The notes beneath the pieces are model-generated. The model saw nothing but the letters and a program-made list of their open reading frames with translations. It was not told the origin of the DNA and did no database searches. A program made the position numbers and the translations under genes. This document shows, one piece after another, positions 1 to 9,712 of a stretch of 64,000 nucleotides of DNA. The DNA is from a virus, in the IMG/VR virus record IMGVR_UViG_3300025620_000004, positions 8,865-72,864 of that record. The stretch is one strand, 5' to 3'. Each line of letters opens with the position of its first letter. Within the stretch, counting starts at the first letter, position 1.

Positions 1-5
1 TGCTT

Positions 6-233
6 ATGGGTGGCCTAGTGCACGACTATGGGTACAAGTATGCAACTCTTATGAAGAAAGATGGAAGCGATATCGGTTATCATGATCAGAAGTTTATGGA
101 TGGAATCTTCCGAGACATCTGCATCGAAGTTAATGGTTTTCGAGTTCTTAACTACCTCGCATACTGGTCTTTACGTTTAGCAGGATTTGTAGCTTGGAAC
201 GGACATAAAAAGAGAGGCACTCATGTTGCATAA
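6..233 (+). CDS. DUF1353-like phage protein (5' truncated by window edge)
   Basis: LVHDYGY...D.IF..I......AYW.LRL.G..AW pattern typical of DUF1353. Confidence 0.6.
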   Translation: MGGLVHDYGYKYATLMKKDGSDIGYHDQKFMDGIFRDICIEVNGFRVLNYLAYWSLRLAGFVAWNGHKKRGTHVA

Positions 234-357
234 ATTACTAAAGAAAAAAGATGCATTAATACTTATAGGTGTTTCCACAGCAGTTCTACTGTTTGGAAAT
301 CTATTAGCCTGGGCTGGTTTAGCTTGGGGACTCTGGTCAATCATAAAAGAAGATTAA
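223..357 (+). CDS. Small membrane protein (44 aa, not in ORF track)
   Basis: Hand translation MLHKLLKKKDALILIGVSTAVLLFGNLLAWAGLAWGLWSIIKED; fills the gap exactly up to the terminase ATG. Confidence 0.6.
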   Translation: MLHKLLKKKDALILIGVSTAVLLFGNLLAWAGLAWGLWSIIKED

Positions 358-358
358 T

Positions 359-1663
359 ATGGCAGTAGAAGTAAGCCGCAGAGATATTATCTCTGACGAA
401 ATAGTTGAATTAAGATCTGAGACAAAGTTTCTAAAACTTCCAATAGCTCCGTACTTGGAGCTATTGAATGTCACTCCCTTACCGTCGCAGATAGCAATTA
501 TCAATGCGATTAACGATCCTAAATATCGTTTTGTCTCTGCCGCAGTCTCGCGCAGACAGGGTAAAACCTACATAGCCAATATCATTGGACAGCTCGTGTC
601 TTTGGTACCTGGCTCCAACATTCTAATAATGTCCCCCAACTACTCTTTGTCTCAGATCTCTTTCGATCTACAGAGAAATCTAATTAAACATTTTGATTTA
701 GAGGTTACAAAAGATAACGCCAAGGATAAAGTTATCGAAATCTCTAATGGATCTACTGTAAGAATGGGTTCTGTTAATCAGGTCGATTCTTGTGTAGGTA
801 GATCTTATGACCTTATCATCTTTGATGAGGCCGCACTCGCTGACGGCAAGGACGCCTTCAACGTTGCACTTCGTCCTACTCTGGACAAGCCAAACTCCAA
901 AGCAATCTTTATTTCCACACCACGGGGTCGTAACAACTGGTTCTCTGAGTTCTTCTACAGAGGCTTTTCTGACGACTTCCCAGAATGGGCATCAATAAGA
1001 GCAACTTATCGAGACAACCCTCGTATGTCTGAGTCTGATATTTCAGAAGCGCGTAAGTCTATGTCAGAGGCTGAGTTTAAGCAAGAGTACGAAGCTGACT
1101 TTAATACTTATGAAGGACAGATCTGGAAGTTTAACTTTGAGACACAGGTGAAAGACCTGTCTCAGTTTGATACTAGTAAGATGGACGTCTTTGCGGGGTT
1201 GGACGTAGGTTTCAAAGATCCAACAGCAATGTGTGTAATTGCCTATGACTGGGATGATGACAAATACTATCTAGTGGATGAGTATATGAATAATGAGCGC
1301 ACTACAGAACAGCACGCAGAAGAGATACAAAAACTCATTAACAAATGGGATATAGACTATATCTATATTGATTCCGCAGCACAGCAAACTCGTTTTGACT
1401 TAGCGCAGAACTATGATATTAGTACTATTAACGCGAAGAAGTCTGTACTGGATGGCATTGGTCATGTGTCTGCAATTATTGATAATGATAAACTTTATGT
1501 GGACCAGGAGTGTAAACAATCGCTCATATGTCTAGACTCTTATCAATGGGATCCTAACCCAAATCTAATAAGAGAAAAACCGAAGCACAACATGGCTTCG
1601 CACATGGCAGACGGTCTTCGCTACGCACTTTATTCATTCCAAACCTCACAAGTGTCCTTCTAG
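359..1663 (+). CDS. terL: Terminase large subunit (T5-like)
   Basis: Walker A-like SRRQGKT, Walker B IIFDEAA, ISTPRG coupling motif, C-terminal nuclease GLDVGFKDPTA...HMADGLRY. Confidence 0.95.
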   Translation: MAVEVSRRDIISDEIVELRSETKFLKLPIAPYLELLNVTPLPSQIAIINAINDPKYRFVSAAVSRRQGKTYIANIIGQLVSLVPGSNILIMSPNYSLSQISFDLQRNLIKHFDLEVTKDNAKDKVIEISNGSTVRMGSVNQVDSCVGRSYDLIIFDEAALADGKDAFNVALRPTLDKPNSKAIFISTPRGRNNWFSEFFYRGFSDDFPEWASIRATYRDNPRMSESDISEARKSMSEAEFKQEYEADFNTYEGQIWKFNFETQVKDLSQFDTSKMDVFAGLDVGFKDPTAMCVIAYDWDDDKYYLVDEYMNNERTTEQHAEEIQKLINKWDIDYIYIDSAAQQTRFDLAQNYDISTINAKKSVLDGIGHVSAIIDNDKLYVDQECKQSLICLDSYQWDPNPNLIREKPKHNMASHMADGLRYALYSFQTSQVSF

Positions 1664-1686
1664 CGATACCTACTCAAAAATAGTTA

Positions 1687-1715
1687 TTGACAAGTCACCC
1701 CAAAGCCGATATAAT
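1687..1715 (+). promoter_or_regulatory. Sigma70-type promoter
   Basis: TTGACA-17bp-TATAAT with A-rich upstream element. Confidence 0.85.
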
Positions 1716-1748
1716 TCTTTAAATGAAAAATCGAGGAACCAAAGGAAA

Positions 1749-2114
1749 ATGCCTAAGCTAAAACGCGATGTAGTAAAATATGTACGAGATAAGGCAAAGT
1801 CCAAGTATGCAAAGGGTTCCTCTTGTGAGATTTGTGGCGAAACAGAGCAGTTAGACTTTCACCACTTTTACAGTTTAACTCCTTTGTTGAATCAATGGTT
1901 AACAAAGAACAAACACAATCCTGAGTACATTCAGTCACTTCGGGATGACTTTATAGAAGAGCATCATGCTGAGCTATATGACGACACAGTTACTCTGTGC
2001 CATACTCATCATTTAAAATTGCACTCAATTTACGGCAAAGACCCTGGGCTTGGAACAGCTAAAAAGCAGATGCGCTGGGTGGAGATTCAAAGAGAAAAAC
2101 ATGGCTTGGTATAA
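1749..2114 (+). CDS. HNH endonuclease (position of T5 nicking endonuclease)
   Basis: CEIC...LDFHH...TLCHTHH..LH; lies between terminase and portal as in T5. Confidence 0.8.
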   Translation: MPKLKRDVVKYVRDKAKSKYAKGSSCEICGETEQLDFHHFYSLTPLLNQWLTKNKHNPEYIQSLRDDFIEEHHAELYDDTVTLCHTHHLKLHSIYGKDPGLGTAKKQMRWVEIQREKHGLV

Positions 2115-3300
2115 TCCTTTTGAGAAAAAACCTGTAGAAGTTGAAGAGAAGCTGAATCCTGCACAGCAGTTTTACGGCAACGATATTCAAACTTCTCGTG
2201 AGCCTACCTTTTCTTATGAGAGAGCTTACGAAGAGCTAGAAGTCGTAAATCGTGCAGTAAACATTATTGTAGATGATGCAGCCGAAATCCCTACACAAGT
2301 AGGCGGACAACATAAAGGCAATAGCATCATTAAAGGCATCAAACGTGCTAAAGTAGACTTACTTTTAAACCAAGAGCCTAATCCTTTCCAAGACATTAAT
2401 ACTTTCAAGCGTAACTTAATTATTGACTTTATACTTGATGGTAACATCTTTATCTACTATGATGGAGCACATCTCTATCACTTACCAGCAGACAAGATGA
2501 CTATTCACGCTAGCTCGGATACTTACATTGAAAAGTTCACTTACAATGAGAAAGTAAATTATAAGCCTAGTGAGATTATACATATTAAAGAGAACTCCTT
2601 TTACTCAATTTATAGAGGTGTTCCACGTTTAAGCCCTGCTTTACGTACTATGCAACTTATGATGAAGATGCGTAAGTTCCAAGATAACTTCTTTAAGAAT
2701 GGTGCTGTTCCAGGCTTGGTACTCAAGTCACCAAACACACTCTCTGAGAAGATTAAAGAACGTATGATGGTGTCGTGGCAGTCACGATATCAACCAGAAG
2801 CAGGCGGTCGTAGACCCCTTATTTTGGACGGTGGAATTGAAGTAGATTCTATCTCAAATGTAAATTTTAAAGATCTTGATTTTCAAAATAGTATCGCAGA
2901 CAATGAAAAGATAATTTTGAAGGCGCTCGGAGTACCTCCAATTATGATGGACTCTGGCAACAACGCCAACATTCGCCCAAATATGCGGATGTATTATCTT
3001 GAGACTATACTTCCTATAGTTCGAAAAATTAATTTTGCGTGCGAAAGATATTTCGGTTTCGAGTTAAAAGAAGACATCAGTGATATACCCGCTCTACAGC
3101 CTGAGCTGAGAGATGCATCCGCTTACTACACATCACTAGTAAACGGTGGTATTATTACTGCCGCAGAAGCAAGAGAACGATTGGGTTTCGAAGCTATCGA
3201 AGGCACAGAAGAAATAAGAGTTCCTGCAAATATCGCAGGTTCTGCAACTAATCCCGATGAGGGCGGAAGACCAGAGGAAACAAACGAAGATGGCGAATAG
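2101..3300 (+). CDS. Portal protein (HK97/T5 type)
   Basis: LLNQEPNPFQ, GNIFIY, EIIHIK, FFKNGAVPG, LGVPP motifs; probable start ATG 2101. Confidence 0.93.
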   Translation: MAWYNPFEKKPVEVEEKLNPAQQFYGNDIQTSREPTFSYERAYEELEVVNRAVNIIVDDAAEIPTQVGGQHKGNSIIKGIKRAKVDLLLNQEPNPFQDINTFKRNLIIDFILDGNIFIYYDGAHLYHLPADKMTIHASSDTYIEKFTYNEKVNYKPSEIIHIKENSFYSIYRGVPRLSPALRTMQLMMKMRKFQDNFFKNGAVPGLVLKSPNTLSEKIKERMMVSWQSRYQPEAGGRRPLILDGGIEVDSISNVNFKDLDFQNSIADNEKIILKALGVPPIMMDSGNNANIRPNMRMYYLETILPIVRKINFACERYFGFELKEDISDIPALQPELRDASAYYTSLVNGGIITAAEARERLGFEAIEGTEEIRVPANIAGSATNPDEGGRPEETNEDGE

Positions 3301-3601
3301 ACCACAAAGAATTAAACTATGTCGTGACTTAGCAATGTATTTTGCTGAAAAAGGTAAGATTATGACCCAAGACGAGTATGTTAAGCAAACCGACAAACCC
3401 GTTATGTTAACAGGGATTCGCAACGTAGGAAGAAGTTATTCACGAGCAATTATTATGATGCAAAAAGCACATCCAGAACTTATGGAATTGATCGAGAAGA
3501 AAAAAGCAGAAGCAGCTAAACCTGTTCCTGCTCCAGCACCAAAGCCAGCACCAAAGGCCGCGGTCAAGCCTGCCCCTAAACCGGCAGTAAAAAAGGATTA
3601 A
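3290..3601 (+). CDS. Hypothetical head-module protein with Pro/Ala/Lys-rich tail
   Basis: Between portal and protease; C-terminal PAPKPA repeats. Confidence 0.6.
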   Translation: MANRPQRIKLCRDLAMYFAEKGKIMTQDEYVKQTDKPVMLTGIRNVGRSYSRAIIMMQKAHPELMELIEKKKAEAAKPVPAPAPKPAPKAAVKPAPKPAVKKD

Positions 3602-3604
3602 GAT

Positions 3605-5584
3605 ATGAATAAAATCTTTAATCTGACGTCTACTTTCAAGACTCATGCAGAAGATGACGGCTCTGTAATGATTCGTGGAATGGCAAGCACGGCTGACTTT
3701 GATCGCGCGGGTGACTCCATTTCAGCAGAAGCATGGCAGAAGGGTGGACTAAAGAACTTTGAAAAGAATCCAATTATCCTGTTTAATCATGACTATGATA
3801 AACCAATTGGTCGAGCTACAGGTCTGAAGTCCGGACCAGATGGCTTGGAGCTGGAATGTAAGATTAGTAAGGCCGCGCCTGCTAATGTTGCTCAACTAGT
3901 TAAAGACGGTGTTCTTGGGGCCTTTTCCGTAGGTTTCCGAGTCAAGGATGCTGATTATATTAAGGAAACCGACGGACTAATGATTAAGGACGCTGAATTA
4001 TTCGAGGTATCAGTTGTATCTGTACCCTGCAATCAGTCAGCTACTTTTTCGCTCGCGAAGTCTTTCGACTCAGATGCTGAGTACGAAGAATTCAAAAAAA
4101 CTTTCACAAATCGTGTAGATCTAGCAGGTCAGTCTCTGGCTAAGGATGAAGTTATTACTTCGGGAATAGCTAGTGACACACCTCAAAGCGCGGAGAAATC
4201 CGTAGATCAGGAGATCAAGATGGATAATCAAAACATCGACTTGGAAGCTTTTGCAAAGAAGGTAGCTGAAGACACAGCTGCTAAGATTGCTATGAAGCAA
4301 GCCGAGCAAAAAGCAGCTGAGCAAGCAGAAGTAGAAAAAGCAGCTGAACAGGCTTCATTTATTGAAGCACAAGAAATCAAAGTTAAGACTGGTATTCAGT
4401 CTGGCGTTGAATCACTAATGAGCAACTTCGAAGCTAAGCTGACTGAAAAGGACGCTAAGATGGACGAAGTACTCGCATCATTCAAAACAGAACTAGAAGA
4501 GAAGTCTTCTGAAATCGAAGCTATGCGTAACAGCAAGCGTACTTTCGGTGACCGTTCTGAAAAAGGCGACGTTACTAAGTGGGGCAAAGACTTCATGCAC
4601 GCTTCATTGCTTGGTACTATGACTGGCAAGGGCATGGACACTGATTTTGCTCGTGGCGTTATGGAAAAAGCTGGTATCGACTATGCTAGCAACGCTGGCG
4701 ACATCGATCAAGAAGTTGCTCGTCAAATCGAAAAAGAAGTTACTCTAAACTTGCGTACAGCTGGTCTGTTCCGTGAGATTCAGGTGAATGGTGCTGCTAC
4801 TGTAATGCCAATCCAGCCTGACGTAGAGGCCGCTACTTTCCAAACTGGTGCAGCTGCAGCAGGTAACTTGGAAAACCGTGGTGCTTCAGACAACACTTTC
4901 AAGCCTTCACAGGTAATCTTGAACGCTTATCGTTTGATTAGCCAGACTTTCATGGACAACAACGTAGATGAGCAAGTTCTTATCAACCTAATGCCTATGC
5001 TTGTTGACTCAGTAGCACGTGCTCACGCTCGCGCTGTTGATAACGCTATCATCAACGGTTCAGGTTCTATCACTGGTCTTGACGGCTATGCCGCAGCTAG
5101 TGGTTCAAGCATCGACCTCGATGGCGGTTCAATCGCCGCAGGTAACTCAGCTACATTGACTGCAGCTGGCCTCCTTACTGCTCGTAAAGCTATGGGTAAG
5201 TATGGTGTTAACCCTGCTGATGTTGCATACATCGTGTCACAAGCTCGTTACTTCGAACTTATCGAAGATGCAGGCTTCCAGGACGTTACTGATGTAGGTT
5301 CTGATCTGGCAACTAAGATCACTGGTCAAATCGGATCTGTATTCGGTTCACCTGTAATCGTATCTGACAGCTTCGCTACTGAAGGTGCTGGTGTACCTGT
5401 AGCCTTCGCTGTTAACTCACGTAACTATGTTATCCCACGTCTACGTGGCGTAACTGTTGAGACTGACTATGAAGTTGGTAATCAGCGCAACGTAGTAGTT
5501 GCTTCACAAGCCCTAGGCTTTGAAGAGCTAGTAGCCGGTGCGACTGGTAACGAACCTGTAGTTAAGATTGACTGCGTAGCTTAA
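3605..5584 (+). CDS. Prohead protease fused to major capsid protein (HK97 fold, with coiled-coil scaffold segment)
   Basis: N-term ILFNHD..PIG, FSVGF, ELFEVSVVSVPCN (HK97 protease); central coiled coil; C-term capsid motifs (AVDNAIING, GSVFGSPVIVSD); no stop between them. Confidence 0.92.
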   Translation: MNKIFNLTSTFKTHAEDDGSVMIRGMASTADFDRAGDSISAEAWQKGGLKNFEKNPIILFNHDYDKPIGRATGLKSGPDGLELECKISKAAPANVAQLVKDGVLGAFSVGFRVKDADYIKETDGLMIKDAELFEVSVVSVPCNQSATFSLAKSFDSDAEYEEFKKTFTNRVDLAGQSLAKDEVITSGIASDTPQSAEKSVDQEIKMDNQNIDLEAFAKKVAEDTAAKIAMKQAEQKAAEQAEVEKAAEQASFIEAQEIKVKTGIQSGVESLMSNFEAKLTEKDAKMDEVLASFKTELEEKSSEIEAMRNSKRTFGDRSEKGDVTKWGKDFMHASLLGTMTGKGMDTDFARGVMEKAGIDYASNAGDIDQEVARQIEKEVTLNLRTAGLFREIQVNGAATVMPIQPDVEAATFQTGAAAAGNLENRGASDNTFKPSQVILNAYRLISQTFMDNNVDEQVLINLMPMLVDSVARAHARAVDNAIINGSGSITGLDGYAAASGSSIDLDGGSIAAGNSATLTAAGLLTARKAMGKYGVNPADVAYIVSQARYFELIEDAGFQDVTDVGSDLATKITGQIGSVFGSPVIVSDSFATEGAGVPVAFAVNSRNYVIPRLRGVTVETDYEVGNQRNVVVASQALGFEELVAGATGNEPVVKIDCVA

Positions 5585-5600
5585 TTTAAAAGCAAAACGA

Positions 5601-5628
5601 GAGGGGAGTTCGCTCCCCTTAAGTTTTT
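5601..5628 (+). terminator. Rho-independent terminator after capsid gene
   Basis: GAGGGGAG-TTCG-CTCCCCTT then aagttttt. Confidence 0.75.
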
Positions 5629-5640
5629 AGTAATGGACTT

Positions 5641-6225
5641 ATGGCAAATTTAATCACATTAGATGAATATAAAACCTCTGAAAACATTCAGAGCACAAAG
5701 GAAGATGCTCGCATCAATTCTTTAATTACTGCCGTAAGTCAATTAGTAAAAACTTACTGCGGAACAACGATTGTAGATCACTACTCTAGCGACAAAGCAG
5801 AAGAGTTTAGTATAAACTGGTCTACAAACTTCGTTCAACTTACAGAGAGTCCTTTTGTAAGTATTACTTCCGTACAAGAAAGAGAAGACTTCAGTAAAGC
5901 ATATGCTACTGTACCTTCCACAGAATACTATGTAGATGGTGGAACTGATAGTGTATATCGAGTTACCACAGACGGTACTAGAAAAAACTGGCCTACAGGC
6001 CCTGGTGCTGTAAAGATTACCTATAAAGCAGGATACGCAGAGTGTCCTAAAGATTTACAACTTGCTGTTATTGATTTGATTACTTACTATGTAAAAGACG
6101 AGCATAAAGCGCGTCAGACACTTCAAGGCGCTAGCATTCAAAACAACTCTTCTTCAAGTCAGAGAAACAATGTAGCGTTTCCTGATCATATTAAAAGAGT
6201 CTTGGATCTGTATAAGAACTTTTAA
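5641..6225 (+). CDS. Head completion/head-tail connector protein
   Basis: LITLDEYK...LI.AVS..VKTYCG...VKITYKAGY..P.DL..AV; position after capsid. Confidence 0.8.
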   Translation: MANLITLDEYKTSENIQSTKEDARINSLITAVSQLVKTYCGTTIVDHYSSDKAEEFSINWSTNFVQLTESPFVSITSVQEREDFSKAYATVPSTEYYVDGGTDSVYRVTTDGTRKNWPTGPGAVKITYKAGYAECPKDLQLAVIDLITYYVKDEHKARQTLQGASIQNNSSSSQRNNVAFPDHIKRVLDLYKNF

Positions 6226-7529
6226 TGAGTAGACAGGCTTTTGACAGAAAATTCACAAAGCCTCTGCTTAGAAAATTGGATGCAGAAGCCCGTAAAGCTG
6301 TAACTCGTCAAAGAGGACAGCTTTTAATTTTAACAGATACAAAAGAATTACAGCAGGTAATAGAAGCTTCCACAGGACATAAACCGAAAGCTGCTCACTT
6401 AGCACAAGCTTTAAAAGAAGCGCAGAAACACGCTAAAAAGCTACAAAGTAATTTTAAGACAAGAAATAAGAGAAGGTACAATGCAATAGTTGCTAAGTTA
6501 CCAGAGATAAGATTACCTTATACTCTAAATACTGATATGTTCATAGTAAGTAGTTTTTCTAGATCCATTACTACTATTAAGAATACTATGTTAAAAACTT
6601 TAGTAGCAAGCGGAGCCATCTCAGATGCAGACTCAAAAACAGTATCTAAGAATCTTCACAAAGGTCACGGAGCAAGAGGTAATGCAGTTTCTCAGGTTCA
6701 GATAGCTTCCTCTGTTTCGGGATTAGACCCTGCAACTAAGAAGCTCCTTCTGTATAACTTAGAAGGGCAATTTAGATCAGGCAACATAGATAGCATATCT
6801 CATAGAGAGATAAAAAGACTTATTACTGATGGGGAACAGATAGTAACAAAGAAAGGTAAGCTTACAGCAAATTATGTTTCTGTTATTGCATTTCAATCAG
6901 GCACTGACAATATAAAAGACTCTGTAGAAGAGAAAGCAGTAAAAGCAGTATTTAGAAAATTTATAGGAGAACTCACTCCTGACCTTTTAGATATGAAAGG
7001 GTCTTCCACCTTAAAAGAGAAAACAGCGGCAGTACTTGTTGATAATTTTAAAGGTAAGAAAGGTATCAAAGTTAAAAGCAAGCCAGTAAAGCTTAAAACT
7101 AAAACTAAGAGTAAAGGCAAAGGTGCAAAAGTATCTGCCTCAGTAGCTTTAAGTTCAAAAAGACTAAAAAGTAAAAAGAAGAAGTCAAAAGCAAAAAGCT
7201 CGGCAGCTTCTCAACCTTTGGCAATGGTAGCAATGCTAAATAAGAAACTACCAGATACAGTTAGAAAAAATATGTCAACCCCTAGACTTGTTAATAGGAC
7301 AGGAAGATTCGCAGATAGTGTAAAAGTAGTAGATGTGATGCCCACGCCCCAAGGGTTTCCTAGTTTTGGATATACATACCAAAAGAACCCTTATCAAGTA
7401 TTTGAAGAAGGAGAAGGCACACCCCCTTGGGCAGACGGAAACAGAGATCCAAGAGATCTGATTGACAAATCTATAAGAGAGATTGCGGCAGAGTTTGCAA
7501 TCGGAAGATTTTACACTAGGAGAGTATAA
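6225..7529 (+). CDS. Tail completion/neck protein (T5 p143-like C-terminus)
   Basis: C-terminal LVNRTGRFA...YTYQKNPYQVFE...RDPRDLI..SIREIA; synteny. Confidence 0.65.
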   Translation: MSRQAFDRKFTKPLLRKLDAEARKAVTRQRGQLLILTDTKELQQVIEASTGHKPKAAHLAQALKEAQKHAKKLQSNFKTRNKRRYNAIVAKLPEIRLPYTLNTDMFIVSSFSRSITTIKNTMLKTLVASGAISDADSKTVSKNLHKGHGARGNAVSQVQIASSVSGLDPATKKLLLYNLEGQFRSGNIDSISHREIKRLITDGEQIVTKKGKLTANYVSVIAFQSGTDNIKDSVEEKAVKAVFRKFIGELTPDLLDMKGSSTLKEKTAAVLVDNFKGKKGIKVKSKPVKLKTKTKSKGKGAKVSASVALSSKRLKSKKKKSKAKSSAASQPLAMVAMLNKKLPDTVRKNMSTPRLVNRTGRFADSVKVVDVMPTPQGFPSFGYTYQKNPYQVFEEGEGTPPWADGNRDPRDLIDKSIREIAAEFAIGRFYTRRV

Positions 7530-7981
7530 TGGGAACAAGAGAATATACAACACGAAGACTTGGTATTATTGCTGCTCTTGTTGAGAGGTTAAAAGATATC
7601 GACGGGTCTGGTTCCTTTCTATCAGATGTGAATGAGAACGTTTCTCCTCGTTTAAAATTCTGGGATGAAGTAGAAGAATTTCCAGCAATACACTTAAATG
7701 CTGGATCAGAATCAAGAGAGTATCAAGGGGGCGGTTATAAAGATAGATTTCTTTCGGTAACTCTTCGTTGTTATGTACAGGCAGAAGATGCAGTAGAAGC
7801 ACTAGATGAACTACTAGAAGATGTAGAAACTGTATTAGAAGATAACTCTCGTTTAACGTATATTGATCGCACAGGTGCGGTTCAGTATACACAACAAATC
7901 ACAATAATCAGTATAGATACTGACGAAGGTGTACTAGAACCTCTAGGAGTAGGAGAAATACTTATAGAAGTTCGTTACTAG
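7529..7981 (+). CDS. Tail terminator (T5 p142-like)
   Basis: Acidic 150 aa, TDEGVLEPLGVGE motif, immediately before tail tube. Confidence 0.75.
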   Translation: MGTREYTTRRLGIIAALVERLKDIDGSGSFLSDVNENVSPRLKFWDEVEEFPAIHLNAGSESREYQGGGYKDRFLSVTLRCYVQAEDAVEALDELLEDVETVLEDNSRLTYIDRTGAVQYTQQITIISIDTDEGVLEPLGVGEILIEVRY

Positions 7982-8045
7982 AAAATGCAGGCACGAGCAA
8001 ACGTTCACGTCCTAGCCTTTTCAAGATAATCATAGGAGATTAACT

Positions 8046-9158
8046 ATGGCAAATTCTTTACATTTAAGTCGCGAGGTAAAGGTCTATGTAAAATTTGGAA
8101 CCAAATATTGGGAAATTCCAGTTTTAGATGGCTTCAGCTTCTCGCAAGCTACAAACACAGCAGAGGTAACCCTCAAAGAAATGGCAGGTGCTTCCAATGC
8201 TAATAGGCGAGCACGTAAGTTATTTACAGACTCGTTGGCTCCGGCAGAGTGGAGCTTCTCTACTTATGCGCGTCCGTTTACTCGTGACGTATCAAGTGCA
8301 GACGAGCATCACGCAGTAGAAGAAGTTCTTTGGGCAATGATGGCAGGTGCAGAGCACGCTGAGTACGATGCTACTTCAGACAAGTGGACTGATGTTATCA
8401 ATAATGCAGCTACTAAGGCAACTATTGACTTTGAAAGCTCTAACCTTTTGACCTTCCCAACAGCTACTATTTACTTTAAGTTCCCAGCAAATGGCGGCAG
8501 TGATCTTTGGTACGAATTAGAAGATGCTACAATTAATGAGTGTCAGGCTGATTTTGATATTGACGGGATTGCTACTTTGAACTGGTCAGGAATGGCTAAG
8601 CAAATCAAAGAGCCTTCTAGCGCACCTACTGTTAGTACTTTGGAAGTAACTGCTGGAGAGCTTACTAACACTGCTAACTTTATTCGTAACCGTTTAAGTA
8701 CTCTTGCTCTTACTACTTCAGCAGCAGGTAACCTACTTGCTACTTATAACTTAGTATTAACAGGCGGTAGTGTTACTATTACGAACAACGTTGAGTATGT
8801 AACTCCTTCTAGCTTAGGTATTGTAAATATTCCTCTAGGCCACGTAATGGGTACTCGTTCTGTTTCAGGTAGCGTAACTTGTTATCTAGACCATAATGCC
8901 GCAGCTTCTGCTGATCTTATGGAAGACTTACGTCTTGAAAGCGATAAAGAAACTAACTCGTTCTCTCTCAAGCTACAAGTAGGCGGAGCAGATGCTGCAC
9001 CTGGTATTGAGTTCGAGTGTCCTAAAGCGCACTTGGAAATTCCAAGCCACACAGTTGAAGATGTTATTGGTATGGAGTTAAACTTCCACGCACTGCCAAC
9101 AAGTATCTCTACTGCGGATGAAGTGAAAGTTCACTATAAGGGCATTACTTCTCAGTAA
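8046..9158 (+). CDS. Major tail tube protein (T5 pb6-like)
   Basis: IPVLDGFSFSQ, LAPAEWSFSTY, DFDIDGIAT..WSG, P.AHLEIP motifs. Confidence 0.88.
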   Translation: MANSLHLSREVKVYVKFGTKYWEIPVLDGFSFSQATNTAEVTLKEMAGASNANRRARKLFTDSLAPAEWSFSTYARPFTRDVSSADEHHAVEEVLWAMMAGAEHAEYDATSDKWTDVINNAATKATIDFESSNLLTFPTATIYFKFPANGGSDLWYELEDATINECQADFDIDGIATLNWSGMAKQIKEPSSAPTVSTLEVTAGELTNTANFIRNRLSTLALTTSAAGNLLATYNLVLTGGSVTITNNVEYVTPSSLGIVNIPLGHVMGTRSVSGSVTCYLDHNAAASADLMEDLRLESDKETNSFSLKLQVGGADAAPGIEFECPKAHLEIPSHTVEDVIGMELNFHALPTSISTADEVKVHYKGITSQ

Positions 9159-9181
9159 TAGAGGCATCAAAAAAATAATTC

Positions 9182-9210
9182 TTGACATAGGAGGTCATTT
9201 CGACTATACT
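9182..9210 (+). promoter_or_regulatory. Sigma70-type promoter
   Basis: aaaaataattcTTGACA-17bp-TATACT. Confidence 0.75.
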
Positions 9211-9229
9211 ATGAAATAGAAAATCGAAG

Positions 9230-9258
9230 CAGGGGTGATTTTTCACCCCTGTTTTATT
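9230..9258 (+). terminator. Rho-independent terminator
   Basis: CAGGGGTGA-tttt-TCACCCCTG then ttttatt. Confidence 0.75.
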
Positions 9259-9286
9259 TAGACAACTTTACAATAAAGGATATAAA

Positions 9287-9712
9287 ATGAACGAAACCCA
9301 ACCAATTTCACTAGCGAGTCTTATGACCCCTAGTAAAACCGTAGCAATTGACTTCCCCGGCTTTAAAGGTATGTCAGTAGAATTGTGTTATTTAGCACGA
9401 GAAGAACTAGTAAAACTACGAAAGAAGTGTATAACTAACAAGTTCAATAAAAAGACTCATCAACCTGAAGAAATTCTAGATGAGGATAAATTCTTAGTAG
9501 AGTATTGCAAGGCAGTAATCAAAGGATGGTCAGGCCTGAAGTATCGTTACCTAGAAGAGCTTCTATTGGTAGATGTCTCGGCACTTGACGCAGATGATGT
9601 ATTGCCTCACACACAAGAAAATTCCGAATTACTTATGAAGAACTCTGGCGTATTTGATACATGGGTTACAGAGACTGTGAGTGAACTGGAAAATTTTACT
9701 GGAAACAAGTAA
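9287..9712 (+). CDS. Tail assembly chaperone (gpG-like)
   Basis: Between tail tube and tape measure; IKGWSGL motif; ends in a slippery site. Confidence 0.8.
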   Translation: MNETQPISLASLMTPSKTVAIDFPGFKGMSVELCYLAREELVKLRKKCITNKFNKKTHQPEEILDEDKFLVEYCKAVIKGWSGLKYRYLEELLLVDVSALDADDVLPHTQENSELLMKNSGVFDTWVTETVSELENFTGNK

